From Polyangiaceae bacterium (GTDB lineage: Bacteria > Myxococcota_A > Polyangia > Polyangiales > Polyangiaceae): DNA of 64,000 nucleotides. Shown piece by piece: positions 24,722 to 32,908 of the stretch. Every line of letters starts with the position of its first letter. Within the stretch, counting starts at the first letter, position 1. The translations under genes and the position numbers were made by a program. Where the stretch lies: positions 2,784,001 through 2,848,000 of the forward strand of contig CBDCTZ010000016.1 in NCBI GenBank assembly GCA_965222375.1, given 5' to 3'. A model generated the notes under the pieces. It saw only the letters and a list, made by a program, of their open reading frames with translations, searched no databases and was not told where the DNA came from.

Positions 24722-25068
24722 CGCGCACCTCGTCCACGCATGCGACGAAAGTCACCCACGCCTCGTAGGCGCTTTGGGCGGGCGCGGCCGGCGACCTCGT
24801 ACTGCACGAGTTGGCTTTCCCCGGGCCATAGCTCGTCGCCAAACAGCCCCGAGTCGAGCCAACTTGGGCAGTTCTGCTCCGCAGTAATCGCAACGCAGAG
24901 CTTCGCCCCGCTCCACAGCGCGAGCCCTTCGAGCAATGTCAGAAGAGCGCGAGGGTGAGACGGTCGCAGCGACAGCCTCGCTTTCAGCACATCCCCTTGT
25001 TCCGGAGACGTCACCAGAAGCTGCATCTCCGTTTTCGAAACCTGAAGCTGGGCTGTCAGACGCATCAT
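24718..25068 (-). CDS. IS21-associated hypothetical protein
   Basis: GDVLKARL...[15 protein letters not shown]; its stop overlaps the istA start (GTGA coupling). Confidence 0.6.
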   Translation of the reverse strand: MMRLTAQLQVSKTEMQLLVTSPEQGDVLKARLSLRPSHPRALLTLLEGLALWSGAKLCVAITAEQNCPSWLDSGLFGDELWPGESQLVQYEVAGRARPKRLRGVGDFRRMRGRGAR

Positions 25069-25384
25069 TGGGGTTAGCCTCGAGGACGGCGTGCCGTGCC
25101 GCCTCACTCTCGGGTCCACTGCTGCGCCCGCTGGCGTCTAATGACGAGGGGTGATGCGTCACTTTTTCTCGCCGCCGCGCCCGGTGACGGGCTTGTCGCT
25201 CTGCGTGAAGCCGCGCTCCACGGCGCGTGCGCTGGTACCGAGCCCCCGCCTCTCGCACGCTTTGGCTGCGACTTATTGAAGCGCAGTCACTGCTGCAATA
25301 CAGCTGCCCTCGGTCGCAACGTTGGCAAAGCTTCACCTGGCCGTGGCACCGCTGACAGTTGAAAAGCCGGAACGAATCGCTGAT
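24752..25384 (-). CDS. IS21-associated Cys-rich (putative Zn-binding), Arg-rich hypothetical protein; start uncertain
   Basis: CQRC-x6-CQRCDRGQLYCS..C, EAGARYQ...HAERQ...KVTH and a later CDYCG. The frame is open upstream of GTG 25336. Confidence 0.55.
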   Translation of the reverse strand: MSDSFRLFNCQRCHGQVKLCQRCDRGQLYCSSDCASISRSQSVREAGARYQRTRRGARLHAERQARHRARRREKVTHHPSSLDASGRSSGPESEAARHAVLEANPNDASDSPASGFENGDAASGDVSGTRGCAESEAVAATVSPSRSSDIARRARAVERGEALRCDYCGAELPKLARLGAVWRRAMARGKPTRAVRGRRPRPPKAPTRRG

Positions 25385-25646
25385 CGCGGACTCCGCCCAG
25401 CAGTTTTCTGGATCCGTACGCCGCTATCAGCGATGCTTGCGCCACAACTGATCGCGGTTGGAAAGGCTCGGGTTGCGCCCCGGGCCTTTCATCTATCTGG
25501 GCATCGAGATCATCCAAGCGCCCACCCGACCGGGCCCAATTTCACGCGCTCTATCCGACGGCGTAAATCCGGGCATCACTCACGCGCAAATATGGGCACC
25601 TCCGCCATGCCGCCCACTTAGACGCCGTTTCGGATGCCCGTTGACA

Positions 25647-25973
25647 CGTTCTCGCTGGGTCCCAAACACCCTGGTCTTGATCACGCTGGCGGGCATCGCC
25701 GGCTGCGCCGCTGGCGGTGGCGCCAACAGTCGCGGCCCCAATCCAGCGCCCGCCGAGCCTGCGCCACCGGCCGCCCCGCCGCCTGCCCAGGCCGGAGTCC
25801 CAGAGCTGTGCAAACTTCCACCCGAGTCCGGCCCCTGCGAAGCGTTGATCCAGGCGTGGCATTTCGACGCCAAGACCGGGAGCTGTCGCGTGTTCGACTA
25901 CGGCGGATGCGAAGGCAACGCCAACAACTTCGACAGCGAGGATGCGTGCAAGGCGGCGTGCGGTGCGCGTTGA
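25647..25973 (+). pseudogene. BPTI/Kunitz-domain lipoprotein interrupted by IS21 (original ATG at 22423)
   Basis: Removing the IS gives MKRSRWVPNTLVLITLAGIAGC... followed by CKLPPESGPCEA...CRVFDYGGCEGNANNFDSEDACKAAC. Confidence 0.85.
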
Positions 25974-26045
25974 GCCGAGCGGCCCTTCCAATCTAGAAGG
26001 CTGGTGATCGAAAAGCGGGCACTACCAGGCTCAGGCCGTGGCAGC

Positions 26046-26321
26046 ATGGCTTGGGTGAGCACCGATCGTACGATTCACGTCCTCTACGAGAACCCAGACT
26101 GGTTGCCGCCGCTGCAAGCCGCGCTGCGGGGCGAAAGCCTCGCCTACGAACTCCACGAAGTCTGGCGCGGCATCGTGGACCCCACGGCGCCGCCGGCACC
26201 GGGCATCTACCTGAACCGGATGAGTCCGTCTTTCGACGGTCGGTACTTGTATGGCCTTCAGAGCAGCAATATGTGTGAACCGCGTGCCAAACGCGGGAGC
26301 GAACTGGAGCCTGCAGCGTGA
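26046..26321 (+). pseudogene. Truncated ATP-grasp (RimK/alpha-L-glutamate ligase-like) gene fragment
   Basis: IHVLYENPDWLPPL...DPTAPP..GIYLNRMSPS resembles the N-terminus of this ~300-aa family, but the ORF ends after ~90 aa. Confidence 0.55.
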
Positions 26322-26481
26322 GGTTTGAAACCTGGACGTCCGAGCGCTTTCGCCTCCTCCATGGGGTCACTGTAGCCCACTTTCGTATCTCGCAAGCTTC
26401 GTGCCGGCCGCCCGCGGCCTGAAGCGGCACGTCCGGCGTCTCGGCATGGCGCGCGGCGGCGTGGCTGTGTAACGTCGGCCC

Positions 26482-27195
26482 GTGGCTCCCGCCAAGAAGA
26501 CCGCCAAGACCAAGAAGTCCAAGAAGCGCCCGCGCAAGGACAGCCCTGAACGCCGGCCCCCGCGTCGCAGTGGTGTCAGCAAAGCCGAGCGCCGCGCGCA
26601 CATTCTGACCGCGGCTCGGGACGTCTTTGCCAAGCTAGGTTACCACCAGAGCACGATTGACGACATCGTGGCGGAGGCCGGGATCGCCCGAGGCACGTTC
26701 TACCTCTACTTCGAAGACAAGCGGGCCATCTTCGCGGACCTGATCGATCGCTACTTCACGCAGCTCACAATGGTCATCCAGCGAATCGATATCAGCGATG
26801 GAGCTGCACCGGTCTCGGAACAGGCCCGAGATAACATGCGCAACATCCTCCGGGTGTGTCTGACAGAGCGCGCGATGACGAAAATTCTCTTCGCGGATGC
26901 TGTGGGCGTGGACCCGGCGTTCGATCGCAAGCTTCTGACCTTCTATGATGCCGTCGTTCAGCTGCTCACCGAGAGCTTGAAGGAGGGACAGGCACTTGGG
27001 ATCGTGGAAGATGGTGAGCCCCGAGTGCTGGCGTACATGATCATCGGCGCGCTCAAAGAGCTTCTGTATCAGGCCGTCACCCTCGGCCTGTCCGAGGAAA
27101 GCGCGGATGTTCTCACGGGGCAGCTCTACGACTTCCTCAGCCGCGGTTGTCTCGACGTAGAGCCGTCGGTCAAGCGCCGCATCCGTCACGCCTGA
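26482..27195 (+). CDS. TetR/AcrR family transcriptional regulator
   Basis: ILTAARDVFAKLGYHQSTIDDIVAEAGIARGTFYLYFEDK. Confidence 0.92.
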   Translation: MAPAKKTAKTKKSKKRPRKDSPERRPPRRSGVSKAERRAHILTAARDVFAKLGYHQSTIDDIVAEAGIARGTFYLYFEDKRAIFADLIDRYFTQLTMVIQRIDISDGAAPVSEQARDNMRNILRVCLTERAMTKILFADAVGVDPAFDRKLLTFYDAVVQLLTESLKEGQALGIVEDGEPRVLAYMIIGALKELLYQAVTLGLSEESADVLTGQLYDFLSRGCLDVEPSVKRRIRHA

Positions 27196-27234
27196 GTCCG
27201 TCTGATGTAACCATGTGTTTTCACCCGCGGCGGC

Positions 27235-29151
27235 GTGCGCTACACCCGCGCTGTGGAACCCTCCCGGGATGCCGACACTGCCCACCCCAGCTATTTGGCG
27301 GAGCGCCCTCAGCGCTTTACTGGTTTCGTACGCAGCTCACGCTACCTCACGATGCGTGACGGTGTTCGCATCGCCGTAGACGTGTGTTTGCCTCGAGGGT
27401 ACGGCGCTCGACGGCTACCCACCATCCTCCGGCAGACCCGCTATTTCAGACGCTTTCGAGTGCATCCACTGCTGCGGCGACTTCTTGGCCAAGGCACGCT
27501 GGATCCCATGAACGCGCCAATGAGATCCCTGATGACGAGCCGCGGCTATGCCTGGGTGGACGTCGACGCGCGGGGTTCAGGCGCGTCCTTTGGGACGCGT
27601 CCGTGCCCTTGGTACCTCGACGGGGAAGTGGCTGACAGCGCGGAAATCGTTGATTGGATTACGAGCCAAACTTGGAGCAATGGCCGGGTCGGCTCCACCG
27701 GCGTTTCCTACGACGGTACGGCGGCAGAGTTTCTCGCTATCACTGGGCACCCTGCTGTCAAAGCGATCGCGCCGCGGTTCTCGCTCTTCGACGTGTTTAC
27801 GGACGTCGCCTTTCCGGGGGGGCTGCACAGCTCCTACTTCACGGAGGCCTGGGAGAAGGCCAACGCAGCGTTGGATCGCAACGTGCCGGGCGAGATGATC
27901 GCGTTGATCTACACGCTGCAGGCTCATGGGGCTCTGCCACCCGAGGTTGCTCGACTCATCGACCGCCCACTGTCTCAAGCGGGTCTATCCAAGTTCCTCA
28001 CTTGGGCTCTGGGGGGCGTCGCTCCCGTCGATGCGGATGGTGGGGGCAGACAGCTGCGCGATGCCCTCTCGACCCACTCCGAGAACTACAGCGTGCACGA
28101 GGGGGCCGTGCATACTGACTTTCGAGACGACTCGCCGCCGAACGCGCCCATCGACGGCCAAACATCGGATTTTTTCAGCCCGCATAGCTACGTCGAGCGT
28201 ATGGGCGACGTAGCCGTTCTGAGTTACGGTGGATGGTTCGATGGCGGCTATGCAGGTGCAGCCGTCAAGCGGCACCGCGCTTTGACTGCAAGAGGAGCAA
28301 ATACTCGCTTGATGATTGGCCCGTGGGTTCACGGGGGGCAGCTCGACATGGACCCGGATGCGCCAGGCCGGCGCGCTTGCTTCGACCACGCCACCGAGTT
28401 GCTGCGCTTCTTCGACGGCTACCTGCTGGATTCGGATGGACCGGACCCGGCGAAGCTGCCTCGGGTTCGCTACTTCATGATGGGGGAGGGGCGCTGGCAT
28501 TCTGACGATGCTTGGCCGCCCGAAGGTACGAGCTCGGTCGAACTGTTCTTCGCGCCGGAGCGCCGGCTCGCGCCGGCGAAGTCTCGCGGCGGTGAAGAGA
28601 CGTTCGAAGCAGATCTGAGCGTAGGTTCCGGCAAACGTACGCGCTGGAGAACGCTGCTCTGCCCATTCCTGCAGGCAGACGGGCGAGGACGTAGCCCTCA
28701 GGGATACCTCGTGTACGAAAGTGACGTACTAGATCGAGATCTCGATCTGGTTGGCCATCCGGTGCTGGAGCTGACTCTCTCGGCTTCGCAGCCCGACTTC
28801 GCGATGGTGGCCTACTTGGAAGACGTGACCCCGGGCGGAAAAGCGCGGTTGCTGACCGAGGGGGTGTTGCGCAGCATTCACGAAAGTAGCTTTTCGGCGG
28901 ACGAGCGCGGCTTGCCGCTTGCGAACGTGACTTTCCGCAGGGCCGACGCCCGCCGCTTGCAAGTCGATGAGGTTGCCACTCACGTGATCGAGTTGCTGCC
29001 GGTCGCCATGCGTTTTTGCCGTGGGCACCGACTGCGCCTCTCTCTGGGTGGCTCCGATGTGGACCATTTCACGACCCCTGCTGGTACGAGCAGCGTGCGT
29101 TGGAAAGTCCAACTCGCTGGCTCGCGGCTACTTCTGCCCTGCCGAACCTGA
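27235..29151 (+). CDS. CocE/NonD (peptidase S15) family hydrolase
   Basis: MRDGVRIAVD, DARGSGASFG, WSNGRVGSTGVSYDG, GGWFD, IGPWVH. Confidence 0.88.
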   Translation: MRYTRAVEPSRDADTAHPSYLAERPQRFTGFVRSSRYLTMRDGVRIAVDVCLPRGYGARRLPTILRQTRYFRRFRVHPLLRRLLGQGTLDPMNAPMRSLMTSRGYAWVDVDARGSGASFGTRPCPWYLDGEVADSAEIVDWITSQTWSNGRVGSTGVSYDGTAAEFLAITGHPAVKAIAPRFSLFDVFTDVAFPGGLHSSYFTEAWEKANAALDRNVPGEMIALIYTLQAHGALPPEVARLIDRPLSQAGLSKFLTWALGGVAPVDADGGGRQLRDALSTHSENYSVHEGAVHTDFRDDSPPNAPIDGQTSDFFSPHSYVERMGDVAVLSYGGWFDGGYAGAAVKRHRALTARGANTRLMIGPWVHGGQLDMDPDAPGRRACFDHATELLRFFDGYLLDSDGPDPAKLPRVRYFMMGEGRWHSDDAWPPEGTSSVELFFAPERRLAPAKSRGGEETFEADLSVGSGKRTRWRTLLCPFLQADGRGRSPQGYLVYESDVLDRDLDLVGHPVLELTLSASQPDFAMVAYLEDVTPGGKARLLTEGVLRSIHESSFSADERGLPLANVTFRRADARRLQVDEVATHVIELLPVAMRFCRGHRLRLSLGGSDVDHFTTPAGTSSVRWKVQLAGSRLLLPCRT

Positions 29152-29162
29152 CGCGCCGCGCT

Positions 29163-31055
29163 TCACCGGCCGGCGACGGCACGAAGTAGATCGCGTTCGG
29201 TCACTAGTCCGACGAGCTGGCCGGCGGCATCCACCACCAGCGCGCAGCTCGCATGAGCTTCCAATACTGCCGTGACGCATGCGCTCAGGCGCGTCTCTTG
29301 CGGCAAGATGAGCGGGTTCTTGTCGCAGACATCACGAGCGGCGATGGCTTGGTTCTGGGTTCGGCTTTGAGCCAAGCCCTCGAAGATGCTGCGTGCGGTC
29401 AACAGTCCGACGACGGTTCCGTTTTCATCTTCGACAGGTACGTGGCGTACGCTTCGCCAACGCATCACACTGCTTGCCAAGTCGACGACGTCATTGGGGT
29501 GGATCGTGAACAGGTCAGTGGTCATGATCTCGCGCAGCGTCGGGTCTTCGTTCGCGTCTGCGGGCACGCTCGTGGTGCCCTTGAGTGCGGGCCAGGTGTG
29601 GACGGGGTCGCCGCGCTGGCCATACTCCAGCATGCGTTGCGCGAGCTCACACGCCGCGCCCAAGGGTGTCTTGTCTTCACACAAGTGTTCAAAGCCGTGC
29701 AGCATCCACTGTGCGGTGGTACGGCCACTGGCCACTCTTGCCTCAACCACCCCGAGGTAGTGATCGATCTGATCCGGGTCGACACCTGCGCCCGCGAGTC
29801 CACTCCTCGCCTGGGGCAAGAGCTCGAACAAAAGTAGTTCTTTGGCACCGATGCGTTTGCCGTCCAACCAGGTGAATTGTGCCTCCAGTCCGAGTTGTGC
29901 GGCCGCGAGAAAGTTCGCCCGAACTGCGTCGAAAGGAATGCGCTGCGGAATGCTCGGAGCGACGTCTCTCAGGCCCATCATGGCGCCCCAAAAAAGGGAA
30001 GCGTTGGCCACTTCATCGATAACTGTCGGCCCAGACGGGAGGACTCGGTTTTCGATACGCAGGTGCGCTGTCGTCCCATCCGAGCCGTAGCAGGCGCGGT
30101 TCCAGCGCCACACGGTGCCGTTGTGCAGATTCAGTGCTCGCAGATAAGGGGCGCCTCCGGCGCGCACGATGGCGGCGGGGTCCTCGTCGTTTTCTTTCGT
30201 CAGTAACACACGAAAGCGTGCGGCGTCCTCGCGGAACACATCGAGCACGCTTTCTGTGACCCAGTCTTCGCCGAAGCTGACCCTCCCACGCAATCCGCGA
30301 GCGGCTTCTGATGCGGAGCGGACATCGACGGAGCGTTCGAAGACTGCAACCCGCGTTTCCTTCCACAGCCGCTTGCCGAGTAGCAGCGGAGACCCCACCG
30401 CCGCCGCCAGAAGTGGTGCGGTCACCAACTGGGCCAAGTTGTACAGCGACGTAAACTCGTCAGCTTCCACTTGGATGTGAACTTGGAAGCTCGTGTTCGC
30501 GGATTCCAACATCACGCAGTCGTGGGTGATGTTGAGTTCGTCGGTTCCACGGAGTGCGAAGGTGAAGGGCCCCCCACGCATGTCCATAATCGCCTGATTC
30601 AGCGCGCGGTAACGCGGCTCTGGCGTCATCTGATCCAGGGTGAGATCGCTGTTCTTCAGCGATGGCAAGATGCCGGTGAGCAGCACTTCTGCTCCGCGAG
30701 AGCGCGCAGTTTCGTTCACGAGGTCTACGACGCCGTTCAGCTCGGCCTCGAGATCTTCGAGCACGTTGCCGCTGAGCAGATGTGGCGGCAGGTTGGCTTC
30801 CAGATTGAACTGCGCCAGCTCCGTGGTCAGACGTGAATCCCCGGCCGCAGCAAGCACTTCTGGCCCCACACAGGCGGGGCGCCCTCGGGCGTCTACGAGG
30901 AACAGCTCCTGCTCCAGCCCAACGCGGCGCACTCCGTTCTCGATTCCACCGCGCGCAAGCAGAGCTTCCAGAGCCTCGATGTCCGCAAGCAGAGCGCGCG
31001 TGAAGGCGCGGACCGCCCCTGCATTACCGGCCCCACTTACGCTGTGCTCACCCAC
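29163..31055 (-). CDS. Glutamate-cysteine ligase (GCS2)-family protein with C-terminal CBS pair
   Basis: GLEQELFLVD, TELAQFNLE, NTSFQVHIQV, HNGTVWRWNR, HLRIENRVLPSGPT; CBS pair at the C-terminus. GTG 31055 (MGEHSV) preferred. Confidence 0.8.
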   Translation of the reverse strand: MGEHSVSGAGNAGAVRAFTRALLADIEALEALLARGGIENGVRRVGLEQELFLVDARGRPACVGPEVLAAAGDSRLTTELAQFNLEANLPPHLLSGNVLEDLEAELNGVVDLVNETARSRGAEVLLTGILPSLKNSDLTLDQMTPEPRYRALNQAIMDMRGGPFTFALRGTDELNITHDCVMLESANTSFQVHIQVEADEFTSLYNLAQLVTAPLLAAAVGSPLLLGKRLWKETRVAVFERSVDVRSASEAARGLRGRVSFGEDWVTESVLDVFREDAARFRVLLTKENDEDPAAIVRAGGAPYLRALNLHNGTVWRWNRACYGSDGTTAHLRIENRVLPSGPTVIDEVANASLFWGAMMGLRDVAPSIPQRIPFDAVRANFLAAAQLGLEAQFTWLDGKRIGAKELLLFELLPQARSGLAGAGVDPDQIDHYLGVVEARVASGRTTAQWMLHGFEHLCEDKTPLGAACELAQRMLEYGQRGDPVHTWPALKGTTSVPADANEDPTLREIMTTDLFTIHPNDVVDLASSVMRWRSVRHVPVEDENGTVVGLLTARSIFEGLAQSRTQNQAIAARDVCDKNPLILPQETRLSACVTAVLEAHASCALVVDAAGQLVGLVTERDLLRAVAGR

Positions 31056-31115
31056 GGGCGTCAGTATAGTGCGCGGGTAGGGCCGGTACGCCAGCAAGTG
31101 TTGCGGCGACTCCGT

Positions 31116-32780
31116 TCAGCGCAGACCGACGACGGAGCCGTCGTCGCCCAAATCCAGATGCTTTGCAGCAGGGTTTCCACGCAAACCCGGCATCGTGCGC
31201 TGCTTTCCGGCCAGCGCATAGACGAAGCCGGCGCCGGCCGAGAGCCGCACGTCCCGGATCGGAAACACGTAATCTCGAGGTCGGCCCAGCAGTTTGGGGT
31301 CGTGGGACAGTGACGCCTGTGTTTTGGCCATGCAAACGGGCAGGTCCCCGTAGCCCAAAGAGGTGTAGCGCTCGAGTGAGTCCTTTGCCTCTGAAGATAG
31401 CTCTACGTCTTTCGCGCCATAGATGCGCGTAGCCAGAGTGTGCAGCTTCTCTTCCAGGCTTTGGGAGAGTTCGTACAGCATGCGAAACTGGTTTTCCTCT
31501 TTTGCCGCCGCAAGGACAGCTTCTGCCATTTCCAGCCCGCCGTCGGCACCTTTGGAGAACACTTCGCTCACGACGGCACCGCGAGCACCCCGGTCCAAGG
31601 CCATGCTGCGCACAGCCGCGACCTCCTCGTCCGAATCCTCGGGGAATCGGTTGATCGTCACCACCACAGGTAGCCCGAACGCTCGGAGGAGGTCGATATG
31701 CGCCTCCAAGTTCGCCGCGCCGGCCTTCAGCGCTTCTGGATTGGGTTCGGACAAGGCTGCGGGCAACGCCTTGCCCGGCTTCACATCGAACTGCCCGCTG
31801 TGGAGCTTGAGGGCGCGAAGCGTGCAGACCAAGACGGCGACGTCCGGCGAGAGACCGGACTGCCGACACTTGATGTGGAACAGTTTTTCGGCGCCCATGT
31901 CCGAGCCAAACCCTCCCTCGGTGACCACGACTTGCCCCACGTCGTTTGCGATCAAGTCCGAAATGACTGAGCAATTGCCATGGGCGATGTTGGCGAAGGG
32001 GCCGGCGTGTACCAGGGCGGCTGAACCCGAAGAGGTGCGGACGAGATTCGGGTAGATCGCGTCGCGCAGCAGCATAGCCATCGAACCGGCGACACCCAGG
32101 TCGTTGGCGGTCACGGGTGTGCCACTGGTACTGCTTGCAACGACGATCCGCGCCAAGCGTTCTTTGAGATCCGGGATGCCCGCTGCGAGCGCCAAGATGG
32201 CCATCACTTCCGAAGCGGCGCTCAGATCGAAGCCGGTCCCGCGGGTTGGCTGACCGGACTTGCCGCCCAGGCTTGTGGTGACGTCGACGAGGGAGCGATC
32301 CCCGATGTCTACGACACGTTTCCAAGTGATTGTTTCCGCGTCTAGCTTCGGCTCGCGGCCGCGATACATGTGGTCGTCAATCACGGCTGCTAGCAAGTTG
32401 TTCGCCGCCTCGATGGCAGACATGTCGCCTGTCAAGCCGAGGTTGATGCGGTCGAAGGGTTCGAGACGGGACAGACCACCCCCAGCGCCGCCGCCCTTCA
32501 GTCCCAACACCGGGGCCAGGCTGGGTTGGCGCAGCGTCGCGATGCTCTGCTTGCCGAGCTGGTTGAGCGCCATCGATAGACCGATGGTCGTGACCGTCTT
32601 TCCCTCGCCCAAGGGCGTCGGCGTCATGGCTGTGACAGCGACGTAAGTTGCGCGCTTGTCTCCAAGTCGCGCAGCCCGTGTGATCTTGCAGATATCCCGG
32701 CCGAAAGGGATCCACTCATCATCACTTAGTGCCAGGCTGCGGGCCAGCTGCCCGATGTCTTCCGAGGGTGGTGTGCTCAC
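31116..32780 (-). CDS. fhs: Formate--tetrahydrofolate ligase
   Basis: TPTPLGEGKT, LKGGGAGGG, HAGPFANIAHG, VTEGGFGSDMGAEK, CMAKTQ.SLS, TMPGL. Confidence 0.93.
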   Translation of the reverse strand: MSTPPSEDIGQLARSLALSDDEWIPFGRDICKITRAARLGDKRATYVAVTAMTPTPLGEGKTVTTIGLSMALNQLGKQSIATLRQPSLAPVLGLKGGGAGGGLSRLEPFDRINLGLTGDMSAIEAANNLLAAVIDDHMYRGREPKLDAETITWKRVVDIGDRSLVDVTTSLGGKSGQPTRGTGFDLSAASEVMAILALAAGIPDLKERLARIVVASSTSGTPVTANDLGVAGSMAMLLRDAIYPNLVRTSSGSAALVHAGPFANIAHGNCSVISDLIANDVGQVVVTEGGFGSDMGAEKLFHIKCRQSGLSPDVAVLVCTLRALKLHSGQFDVKPGKALPAALSEPNPEALKAGAANLEAHIDLLRAFGLPVVVTINRFPEDSDEEVAAVRSMALDRGARGAVVSEVFSKGADGGLEMAEAVLAAAKEENQFRMLYELSQSLEEKLHTLATRIYGAKDVELSSEAKDSLERYTSLGYGDLPVCMAKTQASLSHDPKLLGRPRDYVFPIRDVRLSAGAGFVYALAGKQRTMPGLRGNPAAKHLDLGDDGSVVGLR

Positions 32781-32908
32781 CCTGCCAGGATACAGCGTCT
32801 GGGGCGCCCGTGGCGGGACTGTCCAGGTTCAGCTGCAACTCCGGCTTCGAAACTGCCGCCTCTGGACCTTCATAGGCCGGCATGATTGAGTCGAATCAGG
32901 AATCACAT

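Larger units (their letters stand above)
22435..25646 (-). mobile_element. IS21-family insertion sequence with two extra ORFs
   Basis: Ends TGTTAGCGGTCAT... and ...ATGCCCGTTGACA form imperfect IRs (25/36 by my alignment). A 6-bp direct repeat CGTTCT lies at 22429-22434 and 25647-25652. istA and istB are inside. Confidence 0.92.
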
